DNA of 64,000 nucleotides from Yuukianura sp. NJ FZ-2021 (Eukaryota): NCBI GenBank assembly GCA_046563655.1, contig CM102287.1, positions 9,300,001 to 9,364,000 of the forward strand, read 5' to 3'. Shown piece by piece: positions 55,733 to 64,000 of this stretch (position 1 is its first letter; each line of letters starts with the position of its first letter). The notes under the pieces were generated by a model. It saw only the letters and a program-made list of their open reading frames with translations, ran no database searches and was not told where the DNA came from. The position numbers and the translations under genes were made by a program.

Positions 55733-56712
55733 ATGCAGATTTCGTTAGAAAGCAGCATGATCCCTTGACTCCCTGCTGTGACCCTTGACAAAACAACGTC
55801 TTTGAATGTCACGCTCACCTCATAAAACGTTTCGAAAAGTTGAAAATAAGCACGGAATTTAGTAATTTCAGATTTTGAAGATTAGGTTTTATGACATTGT
55901 TCTTGGAATTTCTAAAGTACAGGGTCAAACGGGTTGAAATATAAAATCCAAGGAGAAAAGGGAATTGTTTTTGAACACAGGTTTTGAAACTCTTTGATTT
56001 CAAAATCTGGCAATAACGGATAGACAAAATTTGAAAATCATGTTTTGAAAAAACGTTAATGTTTTTTTTTCAGGATGAAATTTATGATCCGACGTGACAA
56101 TTCCGGTGAACCCTTAAGTACCTCCCCTCTCATTCTCATGTTGGCCACAGCACTTCAACACTGCTTTTGTCGTCCCTCCACAATTTCTGAAGGGTCCACT
56201 TTTCAATTGAAGTGTGTTACATAAATTACAGGATTTTGAACCCTACGGTTTACAAACCCAAATTTTCAATAAGTTTGTTCTAAATCAAAGTTTTTTTTCT
56301 AAACAAAGAAACAAACCAACTGTTTTTAAAAACATTCTTGGCCTAAAAATTCAATGTTTGACTTGAACGAGACTTGAAAAAACTGATTTTGCCATTATCT
56401 GCAAATTAAAAAAAAATCTGTGGTTTAGTTTTTGGAAACTCGGGAGTTTCGCATAAGTGGAGCAGGGTAAGGGAAGTGGTTAGTGTGACATTGCTTTTGT
56501 TTTAGTTTCTGAATTTTTTTTTACTATTTTTTGTATTATATTATAAATAAATAAATATATGTTTCAATTATAATAACATTATGAATTACGACTTAAGCGA
56601 CTAGCTCTGTAGAAAAATGAAAAGTGTAGATGGAAAGACTTGAGTTTTCTATAATTTGGACGGTGATCTGAGAAACTTCTTGGCCTTGATCTTGAGAACG
56701 AGGAAGTTGGTT

Positions 56713-59700
56713 CTAGTTTGGATCCAGACCAGTCTGCAACACAAAAACAAAAACATAAATAAATCATAACTATTTATAAACCATAATAAAACATAAACTT
56801 CAGTTTAATCCTCACCTCCAACTGATCGCTCTCCTGGACCATTTTGAGATAGATGTGGTAGTACATCATGTGAAACCTCTTGATATGACTTCCTAAGACG
56901 CTTTGTAAAGGAGCAGTGAAAATGCAGTAAGGGCATCGGTGACCGCTGACCTGTTGAGTTTGAGTAGAAGTGGTGACTGGTTCCACTGGCGGGGCAATCT
57001 TGACCTCTGGCTCAAGGTCAACCGAGCTGCTTCCGGGCGAGGTCAAGCTGCTAGTGGCAGTGGATGGCGACAGGTCAATTTGAAGGTCATGTGGTGAGGG
57101 CGACAACTTTGGTCTAGTTGGCCTCAGTTTTCCACAGTCGGCAGACATGTGAGTCTGCAAATCACCGATTCTGCTGAACGTCCCCTCACAAACTGTGCAG
57201 ACAAAGGCTTTCTGCGTCTTTGGTCTTTCTATGACATCGATGATAATGACATCCGAGTCGTCTGAATCTTCGTTGTTATTGTAGTCACCAGTTCCAGAGT
57301 TAGGCGGCGACGTGACCTTTGACCTCTCTCTGTTTTGGTTTTGTGTCATTGTGTCTGCCTGATTCGAAGCTTTTCCATTGGACGGAATAGTGGCTGTTGC
57401 TCTTTCATAATCACGAGGACGCTGCTGCTGCTGGTCAGAATTTTCTGGCATTCTGCCGATTGGTGGCCCCTGCTGCTGCGGACGGAAGGAGTTCTGTTGG
57501 CTCTGGCTGCCAGAAAAATCGTGCCGACCGAAATTTTCAGTAATTCTGCCGAAAAGTGGCCCATGATGCATACTCCAAGGATTCTGCTGTTGCTGGGTTC
57601 TCAAATTTTCGGCAATTCTGCTGAAAAGTCCATGATGGACACCAAAAGAATACTGTTGGTTTCTTCCATTTTCAGCAATTCTGCCCAAGAGTTGTCCGTG
57701 CTGCGGAGGCATAGGAATTTGCTGGCTTCTTTCAAGGTCGCAGCGTCCTTGGTCAGAATTTTCTACAGTTCTTCCCAAGTACTGTCCGTGCTGCTGAGGC
57801 ATCGGATTCTGCTGGCTTCTGTCAAGGTCGTACCGCCACGGGCCAGAATATTCGGCAACTCTGCCGAACGGCGGCCCATGATGCTGCGAATGGCCAGGAA
57901 TGTGTTGCTGCTGGGTTCTACTTTCAGGAATTCTGTTAACTGGACATGAGTTTGGATTCTGGCCAATGAGTTCAGCGATTCTGCACGGCGCTTGAGCAGT
58001 ATTTTGAGGCTGAGATTGTCTCATGTGGGTCACCACGTCCATCTCATCGTAACTTCGGAAACTACAGTAATTGCAGTTGTAAATCCTCTTTGGAATTTGC
58101 TGTGGACGGGGATTGATTATGGCGTTTTCTAGGCCAACGTTGACCATGTGACCTTGTCCACCAGCGCTACCGTGAGAATTCATTTGACCAGGTTCGTTTT
58201 CTGCTGAGCTTCGCTGTTTCTTTGTGTTTGGTGATTCAGCGTCCTGCAAAATTTAACAAATTCATTCATTCGTTCCAAAGTTATTGAGTCTCCTAGTCCA
58301 TAACCATAACATAAACACTTCACTTTAACAACCAAAGACATTCGAGTGCGACTCAAATTTCTAGACAGCTTTATGATCACAATGAAAACCGAGACTTGTA
58401 ACTTCGCGCCTCATTTAACGACTCAACAAAATGAAAAACATGGTTCAATTCCAGCAAAACATCGAAATGAAACTCTTTTTTAAAAACTTTTTCATACTCA
58501 AAATTTTTTCAAAATTCAAAATTTTCCAATTCAAAATTTTGAGTTTTTTGGCTTACCACATTCATCGGTTCAGCCTCACCACCCAAATCCTCTCCGCGTC
58601 TCTTTTTCACATTTCCGTTCTTTTGATGCACCTCCACTCGATGTCTGTCACGGCGAAATTTTTGAGCAAACGAGGCAGTGCACAGTCCACACTCATATTT
58701 CGAGTTGAGCACATGACAACCCGCGTGTCTCCGAACTTTCTGTGGCTCATTGGCTCTAAACGGACATTTGTTGCATGTGAATGGCTTGTGTTCGGGATGT
58801 ACCTTGACAAGATGTTGTTTCAACTGACCCTTCGTTTTGAATTGTCTCTTACAAAGGGAGCAGTCGTTATCTGGCGGTCGTTGGTCATTGGACCAGTCGG
58901 TATCGGTCCTCCGTTGGTCATTGGCCATCATGAATCGAGTTCTTTCCAGTTCCAGTTGCCATGGAAGTTGAGACCAGTAATCATGTCCATTCATATGCCA
59001 AGGAGCAGGCATCGGAAACTGTTCTTGAGCTGGTGGACACTGGTAAAGAGGGACAGTCATGGTCTTAGGCACTTGTGTTGATGTGGACGGTTGTGTTGAA
59101 GTTGCCGGTGGCGGTGATTTTGAATTTGAAGGCGGTTGAAGTCGTGGAGAAGGAACGGAGGAGGTACTGGTGCTGTAAGAGGCATTGGCTGCCACGAGAC
59201 CGGGACTGATAGATGACGTGGTGGAATCCACCCAGTCTTGAACTTGAGTGGCCTTGACCTGTGCCGGGGGGTCACCGATCTTCAATGACCTTTCACGTCT
59301 ACGTCTTTCTTCGCCTTCTGATGCATCTGAAATCCAGGAGTAAGGACCGGAGCCATAGGTCACGGGTGGCGGAGGTGGACTGCGAGGAGGAGGTGGTGGA
59401 GATTCCATTTTTGTATGTTGGGTGTTGAGCTATAATTTTAAGTAGTAATTGTTATTATGTTTATGTATTGCATGTATTATTCAGGTTTTGTTTTGTATAC
59501 TAACTTGGCCTTGATACGCTGGTCCGGACTGGACGTTGTGAATAGCCGAAGGTCCAAGCGAAACTGAAACCTAAGTCAAATAAAATTAAGCATTAAATAT
59601 CTTAATTGTTTTTAAAAACTAGCCATTGCCAATCGATTGCTGCATTCCAAACTAGACATGAAGTTTAATTACTTATAGCAGCTTTTGTTTCAATTAAAGC

Positions 59701-60526
59701 TCAAGTTCAACTTTAACTTTCAGATTTCTGACACTAGTTAAAGTTAAGTTAATTGATTGACCTTACCTGTGATACTGGTTCGTTCTTTGGTAGTGGTGGA
59801 GGTGACCTCTCGAGTCCCATTGCTCTCAATTCTGCCACGATTTGTTTTTCGGCCAATTTGCAGTAAATGTCCTTCGCCACGGAGTCTACGGAGACGTTGA
59901 CAGCAGCAGGAACTGCGTCAACGTAATCAGTACGTTTCTCATCCTTCACTTTTTCACTCCCGATGACAGTAATCCTGGTCTTGGCTCTGAAAACAACAAT
60001 AAACAATAACATTTTAATCATACCTCTGCACTTTTTATGATGTTTAGTGCACTAAACAAACTAATAAACTAATTTTATTATTATTTAATTCGTTTATAAA
60101 TAAATAGACTTTGATTACTTAGTTGTATTAAGATGAGACAAAGAGTATGCTTACGTGGCGGGAGGTGGAGCAGCTGAAAAATCCGCGGGAGTTTCAATCT
60201 TGACTTCTTTGTTCTCATTTCCTTTTGAATTTGCTGAAACAAAGAGAAAAAAGATTATGAATTTAAATTCACTAATTGTTCGTTTCAAAAACGATTGTTA
60301 ACTTACAACTTTGTTCCGTTTTTATAAATTCGTTGTTTGAATGGGTACTTCTATTCGAATCCTCCCGCCGCTCCTGACTGCCCATGACGTTTTTGTCGAA
60401 CCAATTGTTCAATAGTTTCCCCATGTGATTCCGTTTCTTATGGTCCACAAATTGCTCAAAAACTGAAAACGGAATGCCACAGTACTTACAAACGAACAGG
60501 ACAGTAAAACGGTCACACGACATCAT
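56713..60526 (-). CDS. C2H2 zinc-finger protein B (7 exons), paralog of A, with Pro-rich and Gln/His repeat regions
   Basis: Exon 1 has CKYCG..FVDHKKRNH. Phase-compatible splicing runs through ~60155-60233, 59767-59986, ~59504-59569, 58556-59429 and 56815-58243 to the last exon TGLDPN*. Fingers are CSLC, CNKC, CGLC, CNYC, CTVC..HMSADC and CPYC..HIKRFH. Confidence 0.8.
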
Positions 60527-61735
60527 CACTTAACAAACACGACTTACCAAATGTCCAGAAGTTACTTAGTAATCTCAATTGTGCCAACACCGACACAAGA
60601 TGAATCCACATCTACCAATGACACTTGTTACAACAACGTTAAATGATGTAAACAAGACAGCAAACAAATGATAACGTTGTGCCGCACTTCCTGGAAGGTC
60701 AGATTAGAAACCTGACACTTTCCAACTTCCTTTTCTCGGACGAACGAACTGGAACATCCGATCTGGACCAATCCGAAATCACAACTGAGGACACAAAGAA
60801 AAAGTGGGACATTGACATTGAATGTAAGACAAAGGAAAATTTAAAAAAAAAGTCACGTGTGACTTTTCTTGCTAAACGTTGGCGGGAGAATTTGAATTTG
60901 AAAAAAAACACCAAACCGGAAAAAGTTTCGTAAAAACTGTGTTCGGCGGGAAAGTTAAAAAAAAAACTTCAACTTTTCTATGATTCAAAAAACCGAAACC
61001 GAAATCGGATAATTCATGACTGGAGTTGAGCTGGTGACAGTTTAAAAGAATTTATCGTTTTTTTGCTTCATCCCCTCTTCATCCCGCTCTTTTAGAAAAG
61101 TTGTTCTTGTAATCACCCCTCACCGTAATTTTCTGGGTGCGCCCCGCTGAGCATTTGTTCAAATCAACTTAACCTAGAAAGTTCATAAAAATGAAGTTTC
61201 AAAAAGTTGTTCTACGTTTTTGTTTCGTTTTCTGCTTCTGAAATTTCGAACCTGACCTGCAACAAAGAACAAAAGGTCATGACGCCTGTGACCCCGAACC
61301 GCGCTCAACTCTGAAAGATTTTTAGTAAATTAAATCTGTCAGCACCAACCAATAAACATAAATATTGAGCCCTCCCTGGATTCATTCTGACTCATCCACT
61401 CACATTTTGAACCATGGAGTACATTTTTTGTTCTCTGCCGAACTGTCGTCGTAAGTCGTAACTTTGATGTCCAAAGTTTAATCACAAAGTTGTTCGAAAG
61501 GACTAAAGTCTCTGTTTGAACAAAGCTCAAACAGACTCCCTTTGTTTCAATGATGAGGCAGCTAAATCTTGCGTACAAATTGAAGTGAGTCAGTGATACT
61601 GATACTGTAAGCTTTTGTTATGGTAGGTTAAGTTTTATTTACTTTTGTGGAGGGATTAATTGAATGCTGTAACTACAAAGTAAAACTATTTGTAAAAGTT
61701 AATTACAATTAAACTAATTGTAGTTAACGCTGTAG

Positions 61736-62869
61736 TTAAATCGTTTTTCCCTTTAAGAATCCTTGGTTCCAAAGGAAGACGCTCAGAATTGCAAAAAAGA
61801 GGAACAGATACACTTCCCGCTGGTGCAAATTTAAGTGTTGCAAAAAATTTTCAATTCCTGATGAAATTAAAAAAATAAAATATATAATAAAATAAATTAA
61901 TATAAATAATTTATACATACGTTTGACATGCGCAGATTTGGGGTCATCCATCTTCCCGGCGTCTGGGTCAAATTCAATAAAGATTCCAATGTTGTAGTTG
62001 AACGCTCTCTTCGCTTCTTCTATTGAAGCCGCTAGGAATTGAAAAACAAGTTTTTAGAACATGTTCAAATCAAAAATTGCAACTTGCAAGTATTTTAAAA
62101 AAAAGTTTTTGTTTTAAATTGGGCGTGTTACATAGGAGTTCTTTGTTCATTTGAATTTGGTTGAGTCTTCCACGGTAGACTTGTTTAAAAAGCGTGGGAG
62201 TTTCGATTTTGTCGAATCTGTAGAAGGCTGTTCCCTCCCCCTGGGGGAGATCCATGTGCTTGATGAGTCTTTTGGCCAGTATTTGACCTCCTGAGAGGTC
62301 ACCGAGGTATCTTGTGTAGAGATGGGCAATGAGTAGTGCTGGATCCTTAACACAGCATTCCTGGATTCCAGTTAAGTAAGCCTGGAGAGCAGGAGAGGTC
62401 AAGGGGTCATTCACGTGATTTCGCCAAGCAGGGCCAACAAAGTACTCAAGATCTGTAAACAACAGAAAGAGTTCAAATCTGGTCGAGTTCAAATTTTAGA
62501 GGGTTTTTTGTTTGAAAGATTTTTGAGCGGGTTTTTTGAACCTTGTTCGATAGCTTCCTTGCGATTGAGTTGTTCCGGGAAATAGACATGGCGGATGTGT
62601 TCGTTGTCTCTGTAGAGTTCAACGCATTTTTCCAAAGTGCAGTAGACGTGATACAAGTAACACAGAAAACGTCCATACACTTCCCGGGAAATTTGACCTT
62701 TCAAAAAGTACCTGTTAAAAAATCAAATTTTAGAAGGTCATTTTTTAGAAATCCTGCAATAAGGTTAAAGTATTTGCTGTTTTTTTTGAAAAACTTACTT
62801 GACAAATTTCGACTTCTCGGCATTCCTGTGCTCACTTTTGGTTCCTTCTTTCAAATCGTCAGCCAGCAT
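61736..62869 (-). CDS. HO: Heme oxygenase with C-terminal membrane anchor (5 exons)
   Basis: MLADDLKEGTKSEHRNAE (proximal His), YFPEQLNR, LLIAHLYTRYLGDLSGGQIL, GTAFYRF, EEAKRAFNYN, and the hydrophobic tail VYLFLFFAILSVFLW. Confidence 0.95.
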
Positions 62870-64000
62870 TGTCTTTGTTTTTCTAAAAAATTTCAAGTTT
62901 TTAGAAAATGACGAAAGTGAGGTTGGAATTCTGGACTGCTTGGTTTGTACTCCGATGGAAAAAGTTTCGCCTCATTCTGCAGGACATAGGAAGTCACGTA
63001 GATGGCTTTTGCTTTCATGACTCAACGAGGTTAATGTCACTAGCTGATTTAATGGAATATTAATCGATTAACTCACACACTTACTGCTACGTAAATGACA
63101 AAATGTAGTTTTCGTTAATTTTATTTCTACAAGCACGGCTAAACAAATGGTCCACCTAATACTCAACTTTTTTAGAAAATTTTAATCAAGTTATTTTAAA
63201 GATAGAACTAGAATGGAAACTACTACAAAAAAATTGTAGAAAAAAAAATTCTGCCTGTTTTTTTAAACTAATGGTTTGTAGCAGATGTGTAAATAGGAAA
63301 TTAAATTTATAGTGTAAAAATTCAGAAATTGATGATTTTAATCGACTGAAACTCTGATGAATAATACTGAGCACGTCACTCAACCATGTTTTGACGAAAA
63401 TATCTCCATTGTTTTTAAATCTTGAATACCCGATAACAGGATAACACTAAAAGTTTATCAAATCAGCTTGTCAAATTTCAATGATACGACAAAAAAAAAT
63501 CTTTTTGGGTTTAACGCCACTTGAGAAAAAATATTGTTTTAGTCACTAAGTTTTCTTTGTCAAAATTATGATTTTTTTTAAAGTGGTGTAAAAGCGTCCT
63601 AAATCATTTCCACTTTTCAATCATTTGTTACTCAAATTTTTATCATTTCATTCTTTATTACAGTGATGAATTTCGAAAAAATAATTATAAAACGAATCTT
63701 AAAACGAAAATTTTGTTCTCTAATTGAAATCAAAGTCATAAATCATACAGCTACAACCACTAATCAATCCACAGCTACGAAAAGAAAAATTAAAAAGAAA
63801 GGATAGCCAAAATAATTTTTCAAGCGACTGACTTTAAAATCTGTCTTAAAATTAATTGCTAACAACTTTTTTTTTGAAATTTTTTCTTATGAAATCAGAT
63901 ACGTTTCCAGTGATTAGTTAGAAAGGCCTTACGCGTGTGGCTTGGTGATTATAGGACATTCGCGGGAAGAAAATGACGCTAATTGCAGCGATTGCACTAA

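Noticed and set aside
57335..59081. Plus-strand ORFs of 204 and 216 aa
   Set aside because: They are antisense to clear zinc-finger exons and have no recognisable features.

Overview
AT-rich, intron-containing animal genomic DNA with short GT-AG introns. The odorant-binding protein, TEP, GMC, clan-2 P450s and several microbial-type genes suggest a soil hexapod such as a springtail (inference only). Hand splicing gives about 22 genes: three C2H2 zinc-finger genes; a tandem duplication of [cytochrome P450 + small secreted helical protein]; an ABCC1/MRP transporter; a GT31 galactosyltransferase; a thioester protein with intact GCGEQ; a GH114 hydrolase; a neutral ceramidase; an unknown protein with a duplicated ~260-aa domain; a GMC oxidoreductase; an LHFPL6-like tetraspan; three tandem 8-Cys secreted peptide genes largely missed by the ORF track; three secreted microbial-type SnoaL/NTF2 genes; an 8-Cys OBP; and a heme oxygenase. 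There are also two MITE-like elements and a tRNA-derived SINE. Most notable: (1) the 42.9-48.8 kb block of unrecognised Cys-rich peptides next to intron-bearing, probably horizontally acquired SnoaL proteins, with STAT-like motifs; (2) further HGT candidates (GH114, heme oxygenase); (3) a strong excess of perfect AGGTCAAAGGTCA (DR1) motifs. No database searches were possible, so family calls rest on motif recognition.
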